Shown piece by piece: positions 23,912 through 37,400 of a DNA stretch of 64,000 nucleotides. Location: positions 4,278,001-4,342,000 of the forward strand of contig CATNEN010000038.1 of assembly GCA_950097015.1 (NCBI GenBank), written 5' to 3'. Both the position numbers and the translations under genes were made by a program. The stretch is from Macrostomum hystrix. Its lineage: Eukaryota; Animalia; Platyhelminthes. Below the pieces are notes generated by a model that was not told the origin of the DNA, did not search any database, and saw nothing but the letters and a program-made list of their open reading frames with translations. Position 1 is the first letter of the stretch. Every line of letters begins with the position of its first letter.

Positions 23912-25852
23912 ATGATGTTAGTTGGCACGACAGTGGAGCTGCCGAACTGGCTGCTGTACTCTGCTCTGGCTGCCGCGGCTATCTACGCCTACGGCGCCTG
24001 GCCCTACCGCTACTGGAAGCGGCGTGGCATCCGCGGTCCACCGATGCTGCCCTACCTGGAGGGCATGCTGGAGCTGGCCAAGGTGAAGGACTTTCGCGAG
24101 TTGATGATGACCGGACTGAGCAGATACGGCCGAGTGTACGGCACCTACTTCATGCGCCGCCCCGTGCTCATTGTGGCCGACCCGGAGATGGTGAAGCAGA
24201 TTTGCGTGAAGCGGGCTGAGAACTTCCTGGACAGAAGCACATTCGGCATGGACTTCAGCCCGCTGGACAAGGGTGTCCTCATGCTGAAGGGCCAGGAGTG
24301 GAAGCGGGTCCGCGGCATTCTGTCGCCCACATTCAGCTCGGGCAAGATCAAGGCCATGTATCCGTTAATTGAGCAGTGCTCAGATCAACTGTGCAAAAGT
24401 CTACTAAGTGCGCCTGATCCTGTAGTGGACATCAAAAAGTACTTTATGAACTTCACGATGGACGCCGTGGCTAGCACAATGTTCGGGCTGCAGGTGAACG
24501 CCCAGGAGGACGAGAACAGCGAGTTCAAGAAGCACACCAAACAGATATTCAACATGAACATGCGCAGCTGGAAGTTCTGGGCCCTGATTCTGTTTCCCAG
24601 CGTCTCAAAGCCGCTGTTCCGCAGGTTTCGCCTCACCCTGTTCGAGATGGACACGCTGGACTTCTTCAAGAATGTGATCAGCCAGGCGCTGAAAGAGCGA
24701 GAGCAGTCGGAGAATGCCGACAAGTATCAGGACTTCCTGGCCTCCATGGTGACAGCCAGGCGAGAGGCCGAGAGCCAGGTATATTACAGGTGTATTACAC
24801 CATTACACTGGGGGGAAATAGTTCTCTGCTGCTGCTAGGGGGACATTGGTTCTCTGCTGCTGGGGAAGATTGGTTCTCTGCCGCTGGGGGGCATTGGTTC
24901 TCTGCTGCTGGGGAAGATTGGTTCTCTGCCGCTGGGGGGCATTGGTTCTCTGCTGCTGGGGAAGATTGGTTCTCTGCCGCTGGGGGGCATTGGTCCTCTG
25001 CCGCTGCGGGGCATTGGTTCTCTGCTGCTGGGGAAGATTGGTTCTCTGCCGCTGGGGGGCATTGGTTCTCTGCTGCTGCTGGGGAAGATTGGTTCTCTGC
25101 TGCTGGGGGTCATTGGTTCTTTGCTGATGGGGAAGATTGGTTCTCTAAAATTGCTTCTAAAATGTATATTCGATTCACTCTAATTCGCGCAGGGCCTGAA
25201 GGGACTCAACGAGGAGGAGGTCATGGCCCAGTCGCTCACCTTCTTCCTTGGCGGCCTGGAGACCACGGCGACCGCCTTGCAGTACCTGGCCTACTTCCTG
25301 GCCTGGCACCAGGACTGCCAGGAGAGGGCCTTTCGCGAGGTTCTGGAAGCCAGGAAGCGAGACGGCGGAGGCGCGCTGAGCTACGATTGTGTCCAGGGCC
25401 TGAAGTACCTCGGCCAGTGCATCGACGAGTCTATGCGCATGTGCCCGCCGGTGATGATGTCCGACCGAGTCTGCACCGAGACCACCAACATCAACGGCTA
25501 CGAGATCGAAGAGGGCGTGCTGGCCCGGATCCCCATCTACACGCTGGCCCATGACCCGGAGCTGTGGGAGGATCCCGAGACCTTCAACCCGGACAGGTTC
25601 GACGAGGCCAGTGCCGCTTCGAGAGACGCCGCTCACCTGATTCCGTTCGGCCTGGGTCCGCGCGCCTGCATCGCCATGCGGCTGGCACAGCTGGAGGTGC
25701 GCAAAGCCATGGCCGAGCTGCTGCTGCGGCTGCAGTTTAGCCCGGCCGACGACACGGAACCGTTCGACCGGCTGCAGTTTAAAATTGCGCCTGTTCTCAC
25801 CGCCAAGGAGACCATCCGGCTGAGGGTCCTGCCCAGGGCTCAGGCCGATTAG
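23912..25852 (+). CDS. Cytochrome P450, CYP3-clan-like, microsomal
   Basis: Exons 23912-24778 and 25193-25852 (phase 0). N-terminal anchor + GIRGPP; WKRVRGILSPTFSSGKIKAM; I-helix FFLGGLETT; ExxR (ESMR); PDRF; heme motif PFGLGPRACIA. Confidence 0.95.
24820..25145. repeat. 24-bp minisatellite in P450 intron
   Basis: Alternating GGTTCTCTGCTGCTGGGGAAGATT / GGTTCTCTGCCGCTGGGGGGCATT. Confidence 0.95.
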
Positions 25853-25889
25853 CTGGCCGATAAACTGATCGATAACTTGTCAGTCACCC

Positions 25890-26175
25890 TCTCATTGGTC
25901 TGTGGGTCGTATTCTCTCATTGGTCTGTGGGTCGTATCCTCTCATTGGTCTGTGGGTCGTATCCTCTCATTGGTCTGTGGTTCAGACTCTCTCATTGGTC
26001 TGTGGTTCAGACTCTCTCATTGGTCTGTGGTTCAGACTCTCTCATTGGTCTGTGGTTCAGACTCTCTCATTGGTCTGTGGTTCAAACTCTCTCATTGATC
26101 TGTGGTTCAAATCCTCTCATTGATCTGTGGGTCAAACTCTGTCATTGGTCTGTGGGTCAGACTCTCTCATTAGTC
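25890..26175. repeat. 25-bp minisatellite in P450 3' region
   Basis: Tandem CTCTCATTGGTCTGTGGTTCAGACT. Confidence 0.95.
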
Positions 26176-26619
26176 TGTGTGTCAGAACACGGATCCTCGT
26201 ATCACGTTCATATTTTAACTTAAAGACCTTAGAGTACACTTGTAAATTATTCTCTGAACGAAATATGAATCCGAAAATCCTGATATTTTTATACCGGACA
26301 ATAATAATATTTATTTGTTTTGATTGAGTAACTATAATTTAATTCCTTTTTAAACTATTAGCAAATTATCCAATAATTTTCGCAGAGTCAAATGTGACAT
26401 GTGACATTGCAAGAAAATTGTTAGGAAATAAATGAAGTAGATTTTTGTCAGTCGTTGAATTTTTAAGGCATTGTAAAGCAATTTAATAAAACAGTGATCT
26501 ATCAATATATTTTCGGCTTCAGGCACAATTAAAAAAAATAAGTGACAGAAAAAATATCATTAAACATGAGTATAATACTTAACAATTTACTAAGAGAAAG
26601 AAATACACGATGAAATCAA

Positions 26620-27530
26620 GGTGAGAGAGGAGACAGGTGAGAGAGAAGACAGGTGAGAGAGGAGACAGGTGAGAGAGGAGACAGGTGAGAGAGGAGACAG
26701 GTGAGAGAGAAGACAGGCGAGAGTAGAGAAAGGTGAGAGAGAAGACAGGTAAGAGAAAGACAGGTGAGAGAGGAGACAGGTGAGAAAGGAGACAGGTGAG
26801 AGAGAAGACAGGTGAGAGAGAAGACAGTTGAGAGAGAAGACAGGTGAGAGAGAAGACAGGTGAGAGAGGAGACAGGTGAGAGAGAAGACAGGTGAGAGAG
26901 GAGACAGGTGAGAGAAGAGACAGGTGAGAGAAGAGACAGGCGAGAGAAGAGAAAGGTGAGAAAGGAGACAGGTGAGAGAGAAGACAGGTGAGAGAGAAGA
27001 CAGTTGAGAGAGAAGACAGGTGAGAGAGAAGACAGGTGAGAGAGGAGACAGGTGAGAGAGGAGACAGGTGAGAGAGAAGACAGGTGAGAGAGGAGACAGG
27101 TGAGAGATAAGACAGGTGAGAGAGAAGACAGGTGAGAGAGGAGACAGGTGAGAGATAAGACAGGTGAGAGAAGAGACAGGTGAGAAAGGAGACAGGTGAG
27201 AGAGGAGACAGATGAGAGAGAAGACAGGTAAGAGAAGAGACAGGTGAGAGAGAAGACAGGTGAGAGAAGAGACAGGCGAGAGAAGAGAAAGGTGAGAGAG
27301 AAGACAGGTAAGAGAAGAGACAGGTGAGAGAGAAGAAAGGTGAGAGAGGAGACAGGTGAGAGAGAAGAAAGGTGAGAGAGGAGACAGGTGAGAGAGAAGA
27401 AAGGTGAGAGAGGAGACAGGTGAGAGAGAAGACAGATGAGAGAGGAGACAGGTGAGAAAGGAGACAGGTGAGAGAGGAGACAGGTGAGAGAGGAGACAGG
27501 TGAGAGAGGAAACAGGTGAGAGAGATGACG
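26620..27530. repeat. 16-bp purine-rich minisatellite
   Basis: Tandem CAGGTGAGAGAGGAGA. Confidence 0.95.
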
Positions 27531-28419
27531 GGTTAGAGAATGCAGATGAGAGGCAGCAAAGTAAAAAACTGCAGGGCATTCTTGGTAAAAAAGTTTTTTT
27601 ACTAAAAAGTTTAGTTTATTGTTAATCTAAATAAAAATATAAAAAATAAACAAAAAATATAACAAAAGTACATGCAAATCGCTATGTAGAATGTAAAAAC
27701 ACTTATTTTCTGTCCGTGTGTAACTTCTAAAATACAGCTTAAACTGTAAATTCCCGTTAGAGCTGCACCTGGCATTTCATTTACACTTTTTACCGATAAA
27801 AATGTCTTATAGAACCGACTAACCAATACTGCCTACTTGTACGAGTACTAAGAAGTAGTCAGAAGACGACGTTAAAAATGTCAATCATAGATATTTTAAA
27901 TATTTTTTATTAAAGCAATTAATACGATTAAATAACTTTACGAATTAAATATTACTTAACAGAATGTAAATGAAAACTCACAGCTTTAGCATTCCTTTGC
28001 TAATAAATTGCGTCAAAATGGATGTGAGAAAAAATCTTTTTCAACCGATTAAGAGTAGCTGAACTTCAGTTTGATACCGCCTGGCTTATTGCTTAGTGAC
28101 AACCTTTCGACTTTCCATCTTTCTTACCTGTTCCTGCGGTAGGAGGGAGGCAGGAAGGGTGAGAGGGAGACAGACGGGGTGAGAGGGAGACAGGGGGTGA
28201 GAGGGAGACAGACCGGGTGAGAGGGAGACAGACCAGGGTGAGAGGGAGACAGGGAGAGAGAGAGAGGGAGATAGACAGTAATACGTTGTTCTTTTAACTT
28301 CGTAGACGAATAAAGCAATTTTTGAAATAAGCTCGTGGCTCTTCCTATTCATCCATATATCAACGGTTCGAATCCATTTTTGAGCATTCGCGGACACAAA
28401 GTACATGCTCGGTCAAAAG

Positions 28420-31400
28420 TTAAGACATCAGCTGGAGCAGCTGCCTGCACTGGGCCAGCAAATTCTCCGGCAAATTGTCGTGGTTTAACAGCTGAAGAAG
28501 CAGATTCTTTATGTCGCTGTGACCAGTTAGGAGGGCCAAGTAGCGCTTGCTATTAGAGAATCGCAGCAGCAGCAGCAGCACGGATGGCAGGGTCTGTTGA
28601 GAGAAACGTTTACCACTATGCACATCAACGATATATTCTAGAATCGTTATATTCTGTTAACTGTCTCTAAATATACAATTTTCCTGGCTGATAGTATAGA
28701 CACCGATAGCTCTGAATGAATCAACCTAAAAACTTTAGCATGCTACCGAAGTATGCTAGGCTTCAGTCGTTTATGCATTCGCCAACTTTATGTAAATATA
28801 TATTTTCAGATTTGCTAATTTCACGTCAGCTACTGCCAAGCTTAGTAAATAGCAACCGATTTCGGCAATAGAAACACGTGATTACTGACGCGAGTTGATA
28901 AATTTAGGAACAAACGATAAGTGACGTCAGTAGCTATATTTAGAAACAAACCATAAGTGACGTCAGTAGCTATATTTAGAAACAAACCATTACTGATGTC
29001 AGACACTAAATTTAGGATACCTAATAGCTAATTTATACAGTAAATTTTGTTTATCTTGCAACGCAATCAATATGAGAGCTTTTAAATCAAATGGTATTAC
29101 ACTCGCTTACCTTGGTATCATTCGATGATTTATCCAGCAGCCGATAAATAATATCTAGCAGCACTCTTACATCGTTTGAGTAGAATATAGCCACGGTTGA
29201 CTCGTGCGCAAAAAGGTCAATCATGAACTGTAACACCGAGTTGTGCGGCGGTGGAGAATGACTCAGCATTGCTGTCGGATCCTCTATTTTTTTAACAAAA
29301 GATATAAATTTTTATATTTATTCGGATGAGAATTTGTCCAAATAGATAAAGAACTTTAAGAACATTCTCTCTTTGTACTCACCGGATCTATTGAACACCA
29401 TTAGCAGGTATTCGGTGAAGATCCGACACGCGTCAGGTGTGCCCAGCAGAGCTCTAAACAGCGGTCGCTCGTGCACCGGAACTGAGGCGCTAGAACCGGT
29501 ACTCGACTCGCAGCAGCCAGTCAGGAGGTTGGCAGCCAGAATAAAATCCGCTATAGGTTTGACCAGGCACGTGTCCGATTTCTGTGATTCATTGTCCTCC
29601 GAAACCAACAGGTGATACATACTGACGAAGAATTTCTCGTTTAATCCATCTGCGAGGTAGTAAGACAAAATTCATCAATCAAATAAATTGTCTGGTATCT
29701 GAGTCTAAAAAAGCGTTTTGACAGCGCTAAGCAAACGCACCAATGACAGCCACAGGCGGTCGTATGCACGTGGAGAACATCATAGTCAGCAGACGCAGCG
29801 ATTCGGCTAGCAGCTGGCGCTTGCTGGAGGCCTCTTCTGGCCCGACTGTCACCTCACGAAGCAGGTCGGTAACCAATCCGCTGTGGCACAGCAGGGCGCC
29901 AAACACTGGCCTGGACAAGCGGACCATCTCCGATAGGCAGTGGACTAGGGCTAGCCGGGCAGCCGGCCGAGTCTCTGACGAGAGCAGCTCCGCCAGGCAA
30001 AGCGGACCAGAGCAACCGTCGGAGCGGATGCGTCGCTTGGCAACCATGGGGTCGGAGCCTGGTTGCGCGGCGGGGAGGCGGGAAAAACTAATTTTTATAG
30101 GTTTCTTTTATGTCCCGCTACTAGCTAGTTTTCTTCGATGTGCCGCTAACTATCTATAGATCTCCTTGATGTGCCGCTACTGTATAGTTTTCTTTGATGT
30201 GCCGCTACTATCCAGGTTTCTTTGTTGTGCCGCTACTATCCAGGTTTCTTTGTTGTGCCTCTACTATCTAGATTTCTTTGATGCGCCGCTACTCTCTAGA
30301 TTTCTCTGGTGTGCCGCTACTATCCAGTTTTCTTTGATGTGCCGCTACTATCCAGGTTTCTTTGTTGTGCCGCTACTATCCACGTTTCTTTGATGTGCCG
30401 CTACTATCCAGTTTACTTTGATGTGCCGCTACTATCCAGTTTTCTTTGATGTGCCGCTACTATCCAGTTTACTTTGATGTGCCGCTACTATCCAGGTTTC
30501 TTTGATGTGCCGCTGCTATCCAGGTTTCTTTGATGTGCCGCTACTATCCAGGTTTCTTTGATGTGCCGCTGCTATGATGTGCCGCTACTGAGTTTCTTCG
30601 AGCTATACAGGTAGTACTCAGACCATTTGAGAGGGCGCCATTAGCCAGGCATTCGGATACTAGGGGGTAGGTAACAAGTGTGACTGCAAAGTCGCAAACA
30701 ATCAGAACAAACCTGTGATGATTTCTCTCAACTGCTCCAGCTCATCCAGCACCTCTGACTCCTGCTCATGCAGGGACCAGCCGCCACGCTCTTGCCAGTC
30801 GCGTCTGCGACGGTCCGCAGACGCCAAAAGACGGTCCATGGCCTGTTGGTTGCAGAAATTTCGAATAATTTTGCATAAAAACTAATAAATAACAATAAAC
30901 TGTTTGAAGCATTCAGTAGCTAAATACATACCTGCCAGTCAGGACTGTGAATGGCGATCTCATCTCTCTCATCATCGCTCTCACTGTCCATCATTTGCAT
31001 AGCCAGCTGCCCAATCAGGGCAGCAAACTCAGGTGATTTATCGCACAGGCGAGAGTCTAACATAGTCAGCACCTGCTGGACAGCCACCCGGCACGACTGG
31101 TGCGAGGCTCGGGTGCACGAGCGAACAACGTCAACTAATTCGCGAGAGAGACTAGCCGGCAGCTTCAAATGGGGCGGCTGAAGGGCCTGTGGCGCCGCAT
31201 GCTTTTGACTACGAGGCGGAGGCTGCGTCTGCGGTGACTGTTGCTGCTGCTTGGACGGTTGGTTTTGGCGCAGAGGATCCGGCGGTGAGAGCGGCTCCTT
31301 GATTTGGTCTTTAGTCTGTGCCGGTGCGGCTTGCTTCTGATGGAGCACCTGCTGCTGCTGCTTAGGCAACTGCGGCGGCGGTGGCGGCGCTGGCTGCTTT

Positions 31401-34400
31401 TGCTTTTTAGCTTGACTATTCAAAGGTGTACGCATTCGATTAGAGTGCTGAATGAGCTCATCGTCTCCCTTGCACTGCTTAGTCTCAGCTTTGAGCTCAG
31501 CCATCAGGGCATCTCGATGCTTAATCAGCTTCCTAATAAGGAGGAGTTAAAGCGAATTAGCCACATGAGATCAATTAAGTGACTAGTTTTACTGTCTTGC
31601 ACAACTAGTAGATTATTATTGTACTGTCAGAAAAACATTTGAATTTTTTAACTAGAAATTTCAATAGCTGTCAATACAGAATTCCTTAATGTATTTGTAC
31701 AGACTTACTTTAGAGCACCATGTTGTCCATCAGAAATGTTGGTCTCGGGTAATCTTTGCAGTTTTCCAATACAGGCATTAACAGTCTTAATCATATAGTC
31801 AATATCTCGTTCCTATGAAAGTTGTTTGTTACAGGAAATGTTTATTTGCTGTGATAGGATCTATTGGCTATGAAGCAGCATTGAAGAAGTTACAAATTAG
31901 CCAAATACATTCATATCAAGCACAAAAACATTGCAATATGCATATATAATTAATAGGCCCTACATATTGTTTAGACTACAGATGCATGCAATGTTTTTTT
32001 CTAAGTGACTTAGGTGTGGGTATAGTAATGATTTAAATATTTGTCGTAGGGCTCCTTTCTGTTATCTTACAGCTGTCACTAAGTTGTCGTAGGCCTACCT
32101 TCTTAACTCCCACAGCTTTCACCAATTTGTCGTAGGCTCTCTCCTCTTTGGGTTAAATATCACCGATACTCTTTTATTAAATATTAAAAATTGCTTATTT
32201 CACACCTTGGATTACCCTTTGAAATAACTCTTAATTTCCCTTGTCTATGACTTAGTTATTCTTCATAGGCTAGCTATGTATCCTCTTATTGCATATGCAT
32301 ATATTGTTTAACTTGGCCAGATAGGCTGCTTTCCTTCCAAAATTGGTAGCGTTCTCACGAGTGTCCGAGCGGCAAGACACTTCTTCCTCTCCTTACTTAC
32401 TCACAACTGTCTGGCTCTCTGGTTTGTTCCCAGTCTTTCAAGGCTTCCAATGGACTGAAGTTGCCCAACTTTGCACACAGTGCTATTCCACCAATCAGGA
32501 TTTTACCCTCAGCTCTTTAGTTTTACACTCTACTACGGCTTTTTATAACTATCTCCTTCTTTATTCTTTCGAATGTTCACCAACTTGTGTATTATCACAG
32601 ACCTGCTTTTCTCCTTCTCTCTAAAATAATTGAATTCAAACACTTTGAGATTTATTCTCCTTTGTTTTCTCAGAACTGGGCACGGGGCACCGGTTAAGTT
32701 TTCGAGGGCTAAAATGCGCTTGTATTTATACTAAGAATTGAGGTGGATGACAAAGCATAGTAAAACAAAGACAAAAAGATCGAGGAAAACATTTGGCGGT
32801 AATTCAAGTTAGCAATATACGATAAATTTGGGCCTGCCTCAACTGGCTTCCCCTATATAAATTTTTGAATAAGTAAAACGCGTGACAAAATTTATAAAAA
32901 GTAGAAAGTACAAATATCAGGCACACAACGCGTGACAAAATTTAAAAAAAGTAGAAAGTACAAATATCAGGCACACAACGCGTGACAAAAAGCAAAATAA
33001 AAACGGTTAAATTGTCCTTTTAAGAGAAATAGCACTCGGTAGGCAGTCTTTCGTTGCGGGGCCAACCGACTGTGCTCGCCATCCACCTCAACTCAATGTT
33101 GAGGGGGATGCGATTCACCGGTAAGGGGCTGCGGTTGATTACTCTCCTAGCATAATGCACGGCCCTCTTCCAGGCGGTAATGCAGTATCCTCTGGCGAAT
33201 TTGTCGCACAGTACCCGCATAGCAGAATAAATTGCGGCGCGCTGTGGGTACCGCCGGTCATTATTGTACAACCCGGCGTCCAGGACATATCCTTTCATGT
33301 GACGAATTAGCCGCGTGTAGTGTTCATGTTGGGCCTTCGGAATTTCAGCCATCGCTCGGGCGAATTCTTCTTGGCTCTCCGCAGGCTCCATTTCGATGTC
33401 TTCTTCCGTATCCGAGTTCGGCTGCGGCTGAGGCGACTGCTGGAACTGCCGCTCTTGCTGCAACGGCTGCTGCTGCTGCGGCGGCTGCGGCTGCTGCGAT
33501 TGCTGCGGCTGGGGCTGCTTCCGTGATGGCTGTGGCGGTGGCTGTGGCTGTGGCTGCGGCTGCTGCTGCTGCGACGACTGTGGCTGCGATGACTGCGGCT
33601 GTTGCTGCAAATCCGTCCGGTACTGGTACTGGATCGGTACCTTGATAGCCTTTGGCGCTATATGCCGTCCCTTAGGCGGTGGCCGTGGTTGAGGGCTCGG
33701 CTTCGGCGCTATCCATCGTCGTCCGGCAGCACGCCGACCTGGTTCCTGGCTTGGAGCTTCAATTGCCTTGGTGACCCTGGCGGCTTCAGATGGCTTAGCT
33801 TGAACAGCTTCCATTGCTGCCACCGGTGCTATCGACTGCTGCTGGAGCAGATTCAACCGCGTGGTGGCGTCGAGGTACACCGGTAGCCTAGAGCTCGGCA
33901 ATCTCTTCTTGTTCGCGGTCTCATCTTGCATAGTGGTGGCGGCTCGCTTTTGGGTGTTCACTCTCGGTTGTTGACCGACCATGGATGGCTGCGTTCTTTG
34001 CCGTAGTGGCGCCTCGAGTCCTTCTGGTTCGTCAATTATTGCTTGGATGATATCGTCTTCGCCATTTCCGGCTCCGTTCTCTTGCTCTACTCTGTCTGGC
34101 TCAGTGTTCTCATTGTCCGAGAAATCCACTGTAACTGCTTCTAGCAACTTCTCAAATTCGCTTGCGCTTATGGCTTCTTGATCTTGCTCCATTCTTCTTT
34201 GTCAGTATGACTTCTTCTCTCTGCTTATGTTTGTTTGTGTTCCCAGGGCTCTGGTTTATATAGGCGCGAAACTGACACTCTTCATTGTGTCTCAGATTTC
34301 ATTGGGCTATACTGGCTTATTTCTAATCCTATTGGTTCCCTACTTGATTTCAATTAACCCCTACCTAATTGACTGGAAGTGGCTAACCCCTACTCCCTTT

Positions 34401-37400
34401 CTATCCCTTGCACGTGGTTTCCTTGTGTTACTATTGCGTCACCCCAATCTCTGCCTAGATCTGTAAATTCCCAAGTATACTGAACACGGTGGCAAGCCTC
34501 TGCAAATAGCCTTCAAACCTCGCGGGGGGTCTGATTTGTCTGCGCGGACGGCTTGTCACTCCTTCCCTTTCTTCATTCTGTGCAATGTACATGCCTCCTT
34601 CTGAGGTGGCTGTTGCCAGACCCTCAGCTGTCCCTTCGCTTTCGCTCTCCTCTTCACTGCTCGTAGCCTCAGGCTCGGTGTGTGATTCATCCTCAACTTC
34701 TATCTCAGCTCCTAACTCCAAATCTTCTCCATTAATTTCACTTGGATTCCTCCTAAAGTGACATTGCCATTCTAATCTGTCTTCTTCCTCTTCGGATTCA
34801 ACTTCATCTGTTAGAACAGATCTTCCCTTCTCCTTCGGCTGGCTTCCCCTAACTTTGACTTCTGTCTTCTTGGCTTTCTTCTCTGGTGCGGCCTGGCTTC
34901 CCCTAATTAATTCCTCTTGGGTCGAATTAGGCACAATAGTTATGTTGTCTCTATGGACAATCATGACATTGCCCACTAGTTGTCCTTGCTCCTCCTTTTG
35001 CACACGGAACACTACATCTGAAATTTGCTCTATTACTCTGAAGGCTGCTCTCTTCTTCCTATGAAATTTGTGCGATTCCTCACTGTCCAACTGTGGATTA
35101 TTGATCAATACTAAGCTTCCGACTGGAACTGTTTTAGGCAATTTGCTATTCTGTGCTGACTCTTGTCTCTTACTGACAACTTTCTCCATCTTTCTTCTGA
35201 CAATGTCATTAGCGATCTTCAGGCGTTCGGCATGCTCTGTTACATAAGATGGATAGCTGGCAAATGACTTTGGTTGGCTGATTTCACTATCCACAGGCAT
35301 CACTGCTTCCCGACCAAATAACAGGTAGTGGGGAGTAAAGCCTGTGGTTTTGTTCACACTAGTGCGGACCGCGACTAATGCAGCTGGGATCATTAGGTCC
35401 CAATCACTGTGATCTTTCTCAATGAGGCAAGTTACTATCGACTTAATTTGCTTGTTAAATCTCTCCACCAATCCATTGCTTTGGGCATGGTAGGGTGTTG
35501 TAAACGTATGCTTCACGTTATACATTTCGCAAAAAGCTTTGAACTGCTTGCTAGCGAATGCCTTGCCATTGTCTGTGTGTAACCACTGACATTGCCCATA
35601 CTCTGCGAAGATTCTTTCCTGTAAGATTTTGATCACAGTATCTGACTTTTGATTTCTAGTTGGGAATGCAAACGGATATCGAGTGGTGCTATCCACAATA
35701 GTTAGGACATACTTGTGCCCTCTTTTGCTCTCTTTGGATAGTGGTCCTATAAAATCGACATGCAGGCGGTGAAAAGGTTCACTTATAGGGAACGATTGCA
35801 CTGGCGCCTGAATCGGGTTTCCTCTCTTGCTTTCCAGGCACGGAATACACTCTGCGATATGAGCTTCCACTGCTTTGACCAATCCTGGTCTCCAAAATCT
35901 CTGCCTGACACGTTGAATTGTTTTATCGCGTCCCAAATGTCCTGCTAGTGGGCTATCATGCAGATCGCTGAGAACTAGCTTATCCAAGGACTGGGGCAGT
36001 ACAACTTTCCAACTGTCATCTTCGCTAATGATTAGCATCTCATTCTCTACCTTCATATCCTCAAAGAATTTCCTCATCTTCTTCAATTCTGGGCTGACAA
36101 TTTCAGGTAACTGGGGATTGTTCTCTCCTGATTTCTTCCATTCAATTAGCACTTTAATTACTGGGTCATCTCTTTGTGACGCAATAATTTGCTCTCGTTT
36201 CAATGGGCTGGGTAAGAAATCGGTCAATAACTTCTCGCACTTGCTACTTGTTGCTTGCAGCATATCCTCACTCTCAATAGGATTAAATTCTTCAGGAACT
36301 GGACTCGGAAGCGGAATGCTGGAGTCATGTTCAAGTTCACTGGGAATTCTCACCTCTCCTTGTCCTGAGATAGTAGACTGGATCCTGCTATTGGGATCTA
36401 ACGTCTTTTTCTCTCCTTCACTTAGGGCAGTCTGGGGCTGTGTCAAGCTATATAAGCTATCATTAGCCTTGACTTCCTGTCCTGACTCTTCCATTACACT
36501 GCAGCTTTGCACTATCGGCTCAATAACTTGCTCTGCTTCAGGGACATCAGCTGGTCTTCTTGACAGACTGTCAGCGTTCTGGTTCTTTGCACCGCTTCTG
36601 TGTTCTATATCGAACGAGAATTCGTTTAGGCGCTCGACCCACCGACCAAGAATTCCTTGAGCTTCTGTTTGCCTTAACAGCCAAATTATCGCCTTATGAT
36701 CCGTTCTTGCCAAAAACTTCTTGCCTAACAGGTAGAAACGGAAATGCCTCATGGCATCCACTAGGGCTAAGAGTTCTTTTCTAGTGATAGGGTAGCGTTT
36801 TTCCGACTCTTTCATAGCTCGGCTGAAATAAGCTATGGGTCTCTCTATGCCATCTGATTGGATCTGGCTAAGTACAGCGCCAATACGGCTATCACTTGCA
36901 TCGGTATCCAATACCATCTTCACCTTCTCATCATCCACAAATTCGGGATACGCTAAGACTTCAGTGGACATCATCCGGTTCTTTAGCGACTCAAACGCTT
37001 CGTCATGCTCTTTGCTCCATCTCTCTTGAAAGTTCTTAATTCCTTTCCTTGTTAGCTGGAAAAGGGGATGGGCAGCTTCTGCATAATTTTTAATGAAGCG
37101 GCTATAGTAATTACATAGGCCAAGGAAACTGCGTAGCTCCTTCACATCTTTTGGCTTCGGCCAGGTCTTAATAGCTTCAATCTTCGTCTCATCCGTACGG
37201 ATACCTTCTGTACTGATCACATGTCCTAAGTACTTTAACTCTCTATGAAAAAGGTTACATTTCTTTGGCCTTAGCTTCAATCCTGCGATTATTAATCTCT
37301 TGAACACTTCCTTTAGATGGGAAAGGTGGTCATTAAAGTTCTTCGAATAAGTAACTATATCGTCTATATACGACATAGCAAATTGATGTTGAATCCCTAA

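Noticed and set aside
32343-32624. 93-aa plus-strand ORF duplicated at 40465-40746
   Set aside because: Non-ATG antisense ORF within the LTR; the duplication simply reflects the two LTRs.
33020-34192. ORF3 as envelope gene
   Set aside because: No signal peptide, TM anchor or fusion-protein cysteine pattern.
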